Assembly (NCBI GenBank): GCA_963663895.2
Contig: CAXXRD010000003.1
Span: 96,001-160,000 of the forward strand
Direction of reading: 5' to 3'
DNA from: Dehalococcoidia bacterium
GTDB lineage: Bacteria; Chloroflexota; Dehalococcoidia; Bin125
DNA: 64,000 bases
Shown piece by piece: positions 38,217 through 48,252 of the stretch. The notes beneath the pieces are model-generated. The model was not told where the DNA came from and made no database searches. It was given only the letters and a program-made list of their open reading frames with translations. Within the stretch, counting starts at the first letter, position 1; every line of letters starts with the position of its first letter. A program made the translations under genes and the position numbers.

Positions 38217-38749
38217 AAGCCACCTCCGGTCCTGCGGGCTCGGCCACGAGCCCGGATCAACGGCCTCGCTTATACGATCGCCCTATAGATGTTATGTATG
38301 ACTCCAGAGTGATATCGAGACGCTCCGGGCAACGTGGCGAGGCACGACGAGCGGCGCTTTTGCGGCTGCCACGGGTCGGAGATGGTCGCAGCCCGCGACG
38401 CGGAGCATGCGGCGCGCCAGGTACGAGGACACGAGGAAGAGCCAGGCACCGCCGAGCAGCCGCGTGCTTCACGCGCTCCATCTGCTTCGCCGTCCATTCT
38501 CCACGCCCGGCCCGCAGCTTCGCGCTCGCCGCCGGCGAGCGGGCCGCCATACGGCAAGGCTGGCGTCGTTGCAGTACCACCGAAGATCGCACTATAAATC
38601 GAACCCCTGCCTTACCGGCCGTCGGTGCCATCCACCGGAGCGCGCCGGGCATGGCCGGCAGCTATGGATACGCGCGCGGGCGCTGCAACGCTCGGGAGAG
38701 CTTGTTCGGTTGAACTTCGCACTACAGTCTTCCCTTGCGGCGCCCTACC

Positions 38750-39688
38750 CTACCCTACCGGCCTGGCTCTGGCATCGGCGACCGGTTGATTGAGACGAAC
38801 GATATCGAGCGGCTCTTCCACCGTGAGCGCGAAACGGCGGAGCAAACCGGCCAGCGCATTGCCGGGCCCGGTGACAGCGACGGTCCGCACGCCCTGATCG
38901 TAGGCGGTCTGCAGGGCGTCGACCCAGCGGACGGAGCGGCTGTACTGGCCGCGCAGCTCGGCGCGGAGGGCGGCCGGGGTTTCGATCAGCTGCCCGCAGG
39001 CGTTGCCGATCATCGGCCTGAACGACTCGCGCAGGGAGAGCGCTTCGATTAGCGGCTCCGCGGCGGCGTCGGATTCGCGAAAGTAGTCGGTGTGGAAGGC
39101 GCCGGCGACGCGCAGCGCCACGGCCTTCACGCCGCGCGCCACGGCCAGCCGCTGCGCCTCCCCGACGGCGCCCACGCCGCCGCCCACGACGAACTGATCG
39201 GCGGCGTTGCAGTTGGCGAGTGTGCATCCGGCGGCGGCGGCGATCTCCTCGGCGACGCGATGGCCCACGCCCGCCAGGGCGAGCAACGTGTTGGGCGCGG
39301 CCTCGCAGTCGCGGTCCATGAGACGGCCGCGCTCGTAGGCGAAGCGGACGCCGTCTGCAAAGGAAAGGGCGCCGCAGAGGACGGCGGCCGAATTCTGGCC
39401 GGACGAGTGCCCCAGGTAGAGATGAAAGGCGAGCAGGGCGCGCCCCTCTCGCTCGGCCCGCTCACGGTCGGCCTGGGCCCAGGCGACGAGCAGCGGCTGC
39501 ACCACGGAGGGCTTGGCGAGCTCCGCGGCCGGGGCGCTGAGGCCAAGCTCCCAAAGATCGACGCCGATGGCGGCGGAGGCGCGATCGAACACGGCCCGGT
39601 CATCGCGGTCAAGCGAGGCGACCGCGCCGGGCCTCTGCGATCCTTGCCCCGGACACAGCAGCGCGGCGCGGGGAGGAAGCGAGGACAT
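38750..39688 (-). CDS. fabD: ACP S-malonyltransferase-like acyltransferase
   Basis: PGQGSQ, QP, GHSSG, ERGRLM, GAFH, VRW, GPG; no other fab genes nearby. Confidence 0.78.
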   Translation of the reverse strand: MSSLPPRAALLCPGQGSQRPGAVASLDRDDRAVFDRASAAIGVDLWELGLSAPAAELAKPSVVQPLLVAWAQADRERAEREGRALLAFHLYLGHSSGQNSAAVLCGALSFADGVRFAYERGRLMDRDCEAAPNTLLALAGVGHRVAEEIAAAAGCTLANCNAADQFVVGGGVGAVGEAQRLAVARGVKAVALRVAGAFHTDYFRESDAAAEPLIEALSLRESFRPMIGNACGQLIETPAALRAELRGQYSRSVRWVDALQTAYDQGVRTVAVTGPGNALAGLLRRFALTVEEPLDIVRLNQPVADARARPVG

Positions 39689-39836
39689 CGGCGCTCCTGC
39701 TCTTGATGCGGCTGCGATCAGCGGACCAGCGGACGGGCGGCGACCACTGCAGGACCCGGCAACGGCCGCTCCCGCGATCGCTGGCGGGAATCCATCGCCC
39801 TACACTGAACCGTACAGGGATTTTGAGGGAGGGTGA

Positions 39837-41169
39837 ATGTCGAATCCGCGCAACCGCTGGCGGCTGTTGCTCCTGGCTCCGATCACGCTGCTCGCTATCG
39901 CCGGCTTCGCGCTGGGGATCGGCGTCAAGGGGCTGCTGGACGGCGACGCCTCGGCGACGGGCTCGGTGCGCGCTTTGCGAGGCGGCGGCTCCGGCCCGGC
40001 GGTGATCGACTTCCAAGCGAACGAAGAGCGCGAATCGCGCTTCGGGTTGCTGGACGAGGTCTACGACATCCTCAGCCGTGAGTTCGTGGAGCCGGACCGG
40101 GTCGAGCTGGGAGGGCTGCGGACGGCGGCGATCAACGGCGCCGTCGGCGCGCTCAACGACCCGCACTCGGTCTACATCGACCGCGAGACCTTCCACCTCA
40201 GCAGCGAGAGCATCAGCGGGCAGTTCGAGGGGATCGGCGCGACCGTCGATCAGCAAAGCGAGGGGATCTTCATCACGGGGACCTTCCGCGGCTCGCCGGC
40301 CGAGGCGGCCGGCATCCGCAGCGGCGACGTGATCCTGGCGGTGGACGGAGAATCGACCGCGGGCTGGTCGGTGCAGTTCGCGGTGGCGCGCATCCGCGGC
40401 CACGCCGGCACGGACGTGGTGCTGACGGTGCGGCACCGCACGGGCCAAGTGGAGGATATTACGGTCACGCGCGGCGTGATCGTGATCCCGAGCGTGCAAG
40501 CGATTCAGGTGCAGGACGCCGCCGGCCTCGCCGTCGAGGACCTCGCCTATATCGCCATCTCGCAGTTCACGGAGAACACCCGCGAGGAGTTGGTGGCGGT
40601 GCTGGAGGGCGCGCGGGCGGCCCAGGTGGAGGGGCTCATCATCGACTTGCGCGGCAACCCGGGCGGGCTGCTCACGGCGACGGTGGAGGTGACGGGCGAG
40701 TTCCTGGACGGCGGCGTGGTGCTGACGGAGGTCAACCGCCAACGGCGATGAGCAGGCCTTCAACGACCAGCCCGGGGGCGCCGCCCTCGATATCCCCCTC
40801 GTAGTTCTCGTGAACGGCGGCTCGGCCTCCGGCTCGGAGGTGTTCGCGGCGGCCCTGCGGGACTACGGGCGAGCCGTTGTCCTGGGCGAGCAGACGCTGG
40901 GCAAGGGGACGGTCAGCATCCCCCGTCACCTCTCCGACGGCAGCGTGCTCTACGTGAGCACGGCGCGCTGGCTCACGCCCGACGGCGAACTGATCGAGGG
41001 GGTCGGCTTGATCCCGGACTTCATCATCGAGCCTTCAGACATCGACTTCGAGCAGCGGCGCGACGTGCAGCTCTTCGCGGCGATCAACTACCTGCGCGGC
41101 CTGCCGATCGAGACGTCACTGACCGCGCCCCAAGGGGTGGCCCAGGATCCGGAGCGCACGGATCCCTAA
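39837..41169 (+). CDS. S41 carboxyl-terminal processing protease; frameshift near 40740
   Basis: LNDPHS.Y, FEGIG, PDZ, IDLRGNPGG, then VNGGSASGSE and GKGTV in the shifted frame. Confidence 0.9.
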
Positions 41170-41310
41170 ACCGGCGTGCCCCCGGCGGCCCGTGACGCGC
41201 GCCGGCGGCGCCAACGCCTGCGAGAGGCGGGGCGGACGCGCCCGCTGTAACCGGCAGGAGACTTGAGCGCATCCTGTCCAGGGCGCTCTGCCGGTCGTAG
41301 ACTGACGCCG

Positions 41311-41841
41311 ATGGCGAGGAGCAAGTCGAAGCGGAAGGGGCGGGCGCGGGACGGCGCCGGGGGCGGGGAGGCGGACGCCGCCGCCAAAGCGGCGGCGAAC
41401 TTCCGAACGATCGCGCGCAACAAGCGCGCCACCTTCAACTACGCCATCCTGGAGCGCTTCGAGACGGGGCTGGCGCTGACCGGGACCGAGATCAAGGCGA
41501 TCCGTGAAGGCAAGGCGAGCATCGCGGAGGCCTACGTGCGTCCACGCGCCCGCGAGCTCTGGTTGGTGGGGGCGACGATCGCCCGCTACGAGGCGGCCAG
41601 CCACGGCAACCACGACCCCACCCGGGACCGCAAGCTGCTGCTGCATCGCCGGGAGATCCGGGCGCTCACGGAGGGGGCGGAGCAGAAGGGACTGACGATC
41701 GTTCCGATCCACCTTTACCTCAAGCGTGGGCTGGCAAAGCTGGAGATCGGGCTGGGGCGGGGCAAGCGGCAGTACGACAAGCGGCAGGCGATCGCCAAAC
41801 GGGAGGCGGAGCGACGGATGCGGCAGAGCGTGCGCCAGTAG
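41311..41841 (+). CDS. smpB: SsrA-binding protein
   Basis: NKRATFNY, GLALTGTEIKAIR, RKLLLHRREI, GKRQYDKR; adjacent to tmRNA. Confidence 0.96.
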   Translation: MARSKSKRKGRARDGAGGGEADAAAKAAANFRTIARNKRATFNYAILERFETGLALTGTEIKAIREGKASIAEAYVRPRARELWLVGATIARYEAASHGNHDPTRDRKLLLHRREIRALTEGAEQKGLTIVPIHLYLKRGLAKLEIGLGRGKRQYDKRQAIAKREAERRMRQSVRQ

Positions 41842-41882
41842 CCGCGGCTGGCGAGAGGCGGCCCTATACTGGGACGGTGAAA

Positions 41883-42240
41883 GGGGACGAAAGGACTCGA
41901 CAGCGATCGGTTGATCGGTTTTGCGTGCCGAGGTGCCGTGCCCTCGTAAAACTGCGGCAGTTAAAATAACTGGCGAGAAAGAACTCGCTCTCGCTGCCTA
42001 ACTAGGCGGTGAGCGTTCCCCACCGCGCTCGGCCGGACGGCCGGTGGCGGGGCGTCAATCAGTCCGGCTGCTCGGTCTCTGATGCCGGGAAGAGACCGCT
42101 AAGACAAACTCCGGCTGGTCCAGGGGCCAGCCCGTCGGGCGACGGGCCTCGGGGCGAGACACCAAGCCCGACTACGCGCGTAGCAGATACCGGCGGCTCA
42201 TCGTCTGGACGGGGAGTTCGATTCTCCCCCGTCTCCACCA
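41883..42240 (+). ncRNA. ssrA: tmRNA; tag (A)GEKELALAA at 41972..42001
   Basis: 5' GGGGACG pairs with 3' CGTCTCC-ACCA (G3.U); T-arm GTTCGATT; ATAACT resume context; TATACT -10 at 41865. Confidence 0.95.
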
Positions 42241-42324
42241 CTTCCCTTCCGGATCGCCCACAGCGCCACTGCCGCACATCCCCCAGACCGCACCAAGCGG
42301 GGAGCCAGCAACACGGGCAGGTTT

Positions 42325-42711
42325 CTAGCGGTAGATCTTGCCGACGAGGGAACGGTTGCGGGCGACCACCGCATAGGCAAGCTCGCGCAGCAGCGACGGC
42401 CCGGGCAGGTCGACGGGGGCGAGGAGCCGGCCGCCGGGGAGGAGCCGCAGGAGGCGGGTCACGCTCTCGCCGCCGTGGTACTCGCGACCGTCCGGGGTGA
42501 TGCAGTGGGAGCTGGCGCGGATCTGCTCGGGAGTGAGCGCGCCCAGGATCTCGCCCGCCGGAACCTCGGCAAAGGGGATAAGCCGGATCTCGCGCCGGGC
42601 GCGGGCGGCGAGGGCGCGGGCCGTACGCGTGCAGAAGCCGCAGTCGCCGTCGAAGACGAACACGTAGCAGCCGGGAGGGCGAGCGGCCCGCGTCGGCCGG
42701 TGATAGCGCAT
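42325..42711 (-). CDS. DCC1/DUF393 thiol-disulfide oxidoreductase-like protein
   Basis: FDGDCGFC, YAVVARNR; start uncertain. Confidence 0.82.
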   Translation of the reverse strand: MRYHRPTRAARPPGCYVFVFDGDCGFCTRTARALAARARREIRLIPFAEVPAGEILGALTPEQIRASSHCITPDGREYHGGESVTRLLRLLPGGRLLAPVDLPGPSLLRELAYAVVARNRSLVGKIYR

Positions 42712-42754
42712 GGACAGCCTCGCAGTTGTGCTCCGCCCCGCCGTGGACGGCGGA

Positions 42755-44185
42755 TCAGATGGCCAGTATGGCGACTCCCGCCACCGCGACGCAGACGCCC
42801 AGCACGCCCCAAATAGTGACCCGCTCCTTGAGGAAGATCACCCCCAAGGGCAAGGCGAAGATGGTGGACATGGCGAACAGGACCGCAGTGGGGCCGGCGC
42901 CGATGTCCTTCACCGCGATGATGACCAGCATGGTGCCGAGACCGGTGGTGAGCGCCCCCGTCCCGCCGATCAGCGAGGCCGTGCCCTTGGGCGGGATCCC
43001 CGCCAGCGGCCTCCCGCGGCGCGCGATCGTAAACCAGACGATGAAGACGAGCATGGCGGGCCAGAGCTGCGCCAGGGCGACGGGGGCGACGTGGATGCCG
43101 GGAGCGACCACCCGCAGGATCGTCGCGTCGCCGGCCCAGCCCAGGGCGGTGATGCCGGCGATGGTGAGCCCGACGGCGAGGCGCGGCAGCGTGATCCCGA
43201 TCCCGGGAATCCGGACGCTCCCCGACACCGAGCGTCCTGCTTGCGCGTCGGCGGTCGAGCGCACAGCCGGGGACGCTGGTTTCCGGGACGCGGCGTTGGG
43301 CCACTGCAGACGGCGCGGCGGCGAGGCAGCCTGCACGATCCGCGCGCCGGCGCGCCCATGGAAAACGAAACGGTAGACGCCGCTGATGATGAGCAGAGCG
43401 AAGGCAAGCCGCAGGCCGCGGCGCGCGGGTCGCCCGGCCTGCCCAGTCCCTGCGGGGCGCCCGTGGAAAGCGCAATGGTAGACGCCGCTGAGGATGACGG
43501 CGGCGACGGTGAGCCCGACGGCGCGTCGCGGCAGCGTGATCCCGGTCCCCGGGATCCGGATCCCAGGCGCCGCCGGGCGCTCTGCTCGCGCGGCGGCGGC
43601 CGAGCGCACAATCGGGAATGGACGGCGTTGAGGCACAGCAACGGGCGGCTCTAGAGGACGCAGGGGGCGGGAGAGCGCGGTGGGGGGCTGGAGCGTAGCG
43701 GGGCGAAGCCACGGCGACCGCTGCGGCGGTGGCGGCGCTTGCCTGGCCTCCACGACGGCGCGGCCGTAGAAGGCAACGAGGTAGACACCGCTGAGGATGA
43801 CCGCCCCTCCTACAGCGTCACGCCAGCCGATCGCCTCGCCGAGGAAGATCGCGGGCAGGATGAAGGAGGCCACGCTGTAGAGGCCGATCACGGCGGTGTA
43901 GCCGCGGGTAAGCCCCAGGACCGCGAGCGTGAGGGTGTAAGCCGGCTCCGCCAGCACGTAGGCGGCCAGGCCCGCCAGCGCCAGCTGCCAGACGATATTC
44001 GGGTCCATGTGCCAAAAGTCGTCCTGCGCGCCCAGCGCGAACGTGGCGGCGATGATGAAGGTGACGGCGAAGATCGAGCGGAAGGTGACGATCGTGAGGA
44101 AGTCGATCTTGGCCAGCTTGGCCGTGAGGAAGGTGCCAGTCGCGGCCCAGATGACGGCATCGGAGAGGATGGCGACGACGCCCAT
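42755..44185 (-). CDS. EamA/DMT transporter with internally duplicated central region
   Basis: Two EamA halves (IFLGEAI, IFLKERVT); paralog of 44222..45295. Confidence 0.85.
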   Translation of the reverse strand: MGVVAILSDAVIWAATGTFLTAKLAKIDFLTIVTFRSIFAVTFIIAATFALGAQDDFWHMDPNIVWQLALAGLAAYVLAEPAYTLTLAVLGLTRGYTAVIGLYSVASFILPAIFLGEAIGWRDAVGGAVILSGVYLVAFYGRAVVEARQAPPPPQRSPWLRPATLQPPTALSRPLRPLEPPVAVPQRRPFPIVRSAAAARAERPAAPGIRIPGTGITLPRRAVGLTVAAVILSGVYHCAFHGRPAGTGQAGRPARRGLRLAFALLIISGVYRFVFHGRAGARIVQAASPPRRLQWPNAASRKPASPAVRSTADAQAGRSVSGSVRIPGIGITLPRLAVGLTIAGITALGWAGDATILRVVAPGIHVAPVALAQLWPAMLVFIVWFTIARRGRPLAGIPPKGTASLIGGTGALTTGLGTMLVIIAVKDIGAGPTAVLFAMSTIFALPLGVIFLKERVTIWGVLGVCVAVAGVAILAI

Positions 44186-44221
44186 GCTGTGCGCTCCGAT
44201 CCGTCTTCGGCCCGAGCGCCG

Positions 44222-45295
44222 CTAGAGGGCCAGCAGGGCGACGCCGCCGACCGCGACGGCGGCGCCGAGGACGCCCCAGATCGTGACGCGCTCCTTGAGG
44301 ACGATCGCGCTCAGCGGCATGGCGAAGATCGTCGACATGGCGAAGAGCACGGCGACCGGGCCGGGGCCGATCTCGCCGATCGCGAATACCAGCAGGATAG
44401 TACCGAGTCCCGTCGTGGCCGCCCCGGTGAGGCCGAGCACGAGTCCTGCCCGCGGCGTGAAGGCGCCTTGGAAGACGCGGCCGCGGCGGATCACGAGGAG
44501 CGCCAGCGCGATCACCAAAGCGCCGGGGGCGATCTGGATCACGGCCACCGCGGAGGCGTCGAAGGGATCGGCGATGGCGCGCAGCAAGGTCGTGTCGCCC
44601 GCCCAGGCAATGGCGGTGAGCAGCGCCACGAGCAAGCCGAGGAGAAAGCGCGGCAGGCGGATCGACGTGCCGGGGATGCGGACGGACGAGGACGGGCCGC
44701 CGGCGGCCGCGTCGGCGAGGCCGCTGCCGCCGCTGATGGGACGCAGCCCGCCGTCCGTCCGCCGCCGGGAACGCGAGAGCCAGCGCCGCCAGCGGGGCCC
44801 GCGATGCTCGGAGCGCGGCAGCGGCGGCTCCAGCCGCTCCTCCCCCACGCGCGGGGGTCGGCGGCGGCCGTAGAGGGCGACGATGTAGACGCCCGTGATG
44901 ATCACCACACCGCCCAGGGCCTCCTGCAGGCCGATCGGCTCGCCGAGGAAGACGGCGGGGAAGATGTAGGAGAACAGGCTGAAGAGGCCGATGACCACGG
45001 TGTAGCCGCGCGTGAGGCCAAGCAACCCCAGGCTGAGCACATAACCCGGCTCCGCCAGCACGTAGGCGACTAGGCCGCCAACGACGAGCTGCCACATCGT
45101 GTGGAAGCTCATCCCCCAGAGATCGGCCTGCGCGCCCAAGACGAACATAGCGGGAAAGACGAAGAGGAAACCGAATACGCTGCGAGAGGTGGCGACGGAG
45201 AGGAAGTCGATCCGTGCCAGCTTGGCGGTGATGATCGTGCCCGCGACCGCCCAAGAGCAGGCGTCGAGGAGCATGACGACCGCGCCCATGGCCAT
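44222..45295 (-). CDS. EamA/DMT transporter
   Basis: About 10 TM; VFLGEPI, IVLKERVT. Confidence 0.88.
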   Translation of the reverse strand: MAMGAVVMLLDACSWAVAGTIITAKLARIDFLSVATSRSVFGFLFVFPAMFVLGAQADLWGMSFHTMWQLVVGGLVAYVLAEPGYVLSLGLLGLTRGYTVVIGLFSLFSYIFPAVFLGEPIGLQEALGGVVIITGVYIVALYGRRRPPRVGEERLEPPLPRSEHRGPRWRRWLSRSRRRTDGGLRPISGGSGLADAAAGGPSSSVRIPGTSIRLPRFLLGLLVALLTAIAWAGDTTLLRAIADPFDASAVAVIQIAPGALVIALALLVIRRGRVFQGAFTPRAGLVLGLTGAATTGLGTILLVFAIGEIGPGPVAVLFAMSTIFAMPLSAIVLKERVTIWGVLGAAVAVGGVALLAL

Positions 45296-45451
45296 AGATC
45301 ACACCCTCAGGGCGCCTCTCGCCGCCTGCAAGCCGTCGCAATCAGCGTCGAAGGTATCACCAGACGGCGGCCGGTAGTGGCTCGAAGCGCCGGGAGTTGG
45401 CATCGTGGGCGAGCAGCGCCTCGAGGCAGCTTCCGATAGGAGGAACAAAAA

Positions 45452-46220
45452 GTGGATCTCAAACAGCGAGTCGCGTTGATCACGGGCGGAGCGTCCGGGC
45501 TGGGAGCAGCCGCGGCGCGGATGTTGGCGGAAGAGCAGGCGCGCTTGGTGTTGGTGGATCTCGACGACGCCAAGGGCGAGGCGCTGGCGAGCGAGCTGGG
45601 CGAGCAAGGGCACTACCTGCGGGGGTGATGTGACGTCGCCGGAGGCAATGGAGGCCGCCGTGAAAGAGGCGGTCGACAGATTCGGGCGGCTGGAGATCGC
45701 GATCAACTGCGCCGGCATCGGAGGGTCGCAGCGGGTCACGGGCAAGCGCGGGCCCGCACCCCTGGACTGGTTCCGTCAAATCGTGGAGGTCAACCTGATC
45801 GGGACCTTTAACACGACCCGGCTGGCAGCGACGGCGATGTTGGAGAACCAGCCGGGCGCCGACGGGGAGCGGGGCGTGATCATCAACACGGCTTCGATCG
45901 CCGCCTTCGACGGCCAGATCGGTCAGGCCGCCTATGCCGCGTCGAAGGGCGGGATCGCGGGAATGACGCTGCCGATCGCGCGAGACCTGGCGCGCCACGG
46001 GATCCGCAACGTGACGATCGCGCCCGGGCTATTCGACACGCCCCTGCTCGCGCGGGTACCGGACGAGGTGCGGCAGGCGCTGGGAGAATCGGTGCCGTAT
46101 CCATCGCGACTGGGCGACGCGCCGGAATACGCCCTGCTGGTGCGCCAGATCATCGAGAACCGCTACCTCAACGGCGAGGTGATCCGGCTCGACGCGGCGC
46201 TGCGCATGGCGCCGCAGTAG
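45452..46220 (+). CDS. 3-hydroxyacyl-CoA dehydrogenase type II (HSD10-like SDR); frameshift in G run 45621-45625
   Basis: GTG start [18 protein letters not shown]; [36 protein letters not shown]. Confidence 0.9.
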
Positions 46221-46285
46221 CCTTCCCGTCAGTGCTACGGTTGCCACAGGCGCAGGAGCCGGATGGATATCCGAGTTCCTTGAGC

Positions 46286-46324
46286 GTTAACTGTTCGTTG
46301 ATGGGCCGTTAATCCTTCCCTAAC
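46286..46324 (+). promoter_or_regulatory. PHO-box-like array upstream of pstS
   Basis: GTTAAC/GTTGAT/GTTAAT/CCTAAC at 46286, 46297, 46308, 46319 (exact 11-bp period). Confidence 0.7.
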
Positions 46325-46370
46325 CCCCTCTAGGAAGAGGGTTTATAGCCTTCTGGCCAAAGGAGGCTTC

Positions 46371-47530
46371 ATGAAACGAGCGATTGGCTATCGAAGGCCG
46401 GCCCGCCAGGCGGGCTCCATCCAGCAGATGCGACGGCACCCGTGGCTGCTATGGGTCGCAGCCATAGCGATCCTCTCGATTCGCGCTCGTCGCCCTGTGG
46501 CGGCGACGATGAAGAGGCTGCGCCCAGTTCAGCCCCAGCCGAGAGCACCACAGCGGCCGCCCAAGAAGCGACCCAGCCCGCCGACGAACCCGAGACGATG
46601 GCCGAGATGGATCTCTCGGAGCTCAGCGGGACCGTTGAGATCGACGGCTCCAGCACCGTCTTCCCCATCACCGAGGGGATCGCCGAGGAGTTCGGCCTCC
46701 TCAGCGACGTGCGGGTGACCGTGGGCGTCTCCGGCAGCGGCGGCGGCTTCCAGCGCTTCTGCGCCGGCGAGACCGATATCTCCAACGCCTCCCGCCCCAT
46801 CAAGGAGAGCGAGATCGAAGCGTGTGCCGCGAACGGCATCGATTTCATCGAGGTCCCCGTCGCCTTCGACGGCCTCACCGTCGTCGTCAACCCCGAGAAC
46901 GATTGGGCCGACCACTTCACCGTGGCCGAACTCCATCACATCTTCCGGCCCGACGACTACGCCGAGAGCTGGGCCGACGTGCGCGCCGGCTTCCCCGACG
47001 AGGAGATCGTCATCTTCTCCCCCGGCGTCGACTCCGGCACCTTCGACTACTTCACCGAAACCATCAACGACGACAGCGGCGTCCAGCGCCAGGACAACAC
47101 CACCTTCTCCGAAGATGACAACGTCCTCGTCATCGGCGTCGCCAACGAGTTCGGCGCGATCGGCTACTTCGGCTTCTCCTACTACATCAACAACCAGGAG
47201 AATCTCCAAGCCGTCCCCATCGACGGCGGCGCCGGCCCCGTCTCCCCCACCACCGCCACTGTCAACGACGGCTCCTACGCGCCCCTCTCGCGGCCGCTCC
47301 TCATCTACGTGAAGACCAGCAGCCTCGACCGGCCGGAGGTCGCCGCCCTCGTGGACTACTACCTCTCCGACGGCCGTCCCATCATCGACTCGCCCGAGGT
47401 GGGCTACATCCAGCTGCCCGATAACTTCTACGCCGCCATCCGTCACCGGGTCGCCAACCGCGTCACCGGCTCCGTCTTCCCCGGCGCCCCCGAGGGCGCC
47501 ACCATCGAGAGCCTCTACGGCGTGCAGTAG
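46371..47530 (+). CDS. pstS: Phosphate-binding lipoprotein PstS; indels in signal-peptide region near 46480-46495
   Basis: [52 protein letters not shown]; AAGGAGG RBS; lipobox LVAC once two extra bases are removed. Confidence 0.92.
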
Positions 47531-47545
47531 GACAATTCGCCGCCT

Positions 47546-47574
47546 GTCCGGCCGGGATGCAATCCCGGCTGGAC
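47546..47574 (+). terminator. Strong hairpin after pstS (terminator or stabiliser; no U tract)
   Basis: GTCCGGCCGGGAT-gca-ATCCCGGCTGGAC. Confidence 0.5.
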
Positions 47575-47748
47575 GACGGCACGCCCCCGGCGCCATCCTG
47601 CTCCAAGGCGCCGGGGCGGCGGCGTTTAACTCCGCGAATCACGATTCGAATCGCGCTCCGGTTTCCGAGCCAGTGAGAGAACGCGACAGAATCCGCCGTT
47701 GAGTCGCCGCCTGGCATGCTTGAATCGCGGGAGTGTACGCTTCTAAAC

Positions 47749-48156
47749 ATGGCAGCCACGCTCGCGATCCAGGCCTTTCCTCGTGCCCAGTCCCGTCTGC
47801 TGAGACGGCCTGTCTGGATCGCGACGATCCTCCTGTTTGCCTGGCTACCGGCGCTCTCCTATCTGGACCACCTGCCGGCTCCCGCCGTCTTCGACTCGGG
47901 AACGCCTTTCAATAAACACATACACCCCAGCTCCAAGGCCAACGGGCTGAATCCCGTACACGGTCCCACCAGCGCCAGCCACAGCGCGCACGGCCACGGC
48001 GACAGCGGCGGGTTGGGATCCGGTGCAGTGCCTCTGATGATCGCTGCGGCCACGCCGACCCCCGAGCTGCCGGCGCCGGTGCTGGCAGCAATCACCACGG
48101 CAACACACTGGGCTGGGCGGCCAGCGGTCCGGCCTCCGACGCCTCCGCCGCGATAG
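47749..48156 (+). CDS. His-rich exported protein ending RPPTPPPR (CutF/DUF2946-like candidate leader)
   Basis: TACGCT 7 nt before ATG; hydrophobic signal/TM, HIH and HSAHGHG, Pro-rich C-terminus; first gene of the copper cluster. Confidence 0.62.
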   Translation: MAATLAIQAFPRAQSRLLRRPVWIATILLFAWLPALSYLDHLPAPAVFDSGTPFNKHIHPSSKANGLNPVHGPTSASHSAHGHGDSGGLGSGAVPLMIAAATPTPELPAPVLAAITTATHWAGRPAVRPPTPPPR

Positions 48157-48252
48157 CTCCCTCACCCGCTTCGCGGAGCGGCCGTCCCGGCTGCACCTCA
48201 ACCCTGTGCATCCGCAAGGGTCCTGCCATTGCGACGAAAGAGTTGTTTGCTC

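Noticed and set aside
38599-38715. Possible 6S RNA
   Set aside because: Could not build the long closing stem and central bubble by eye
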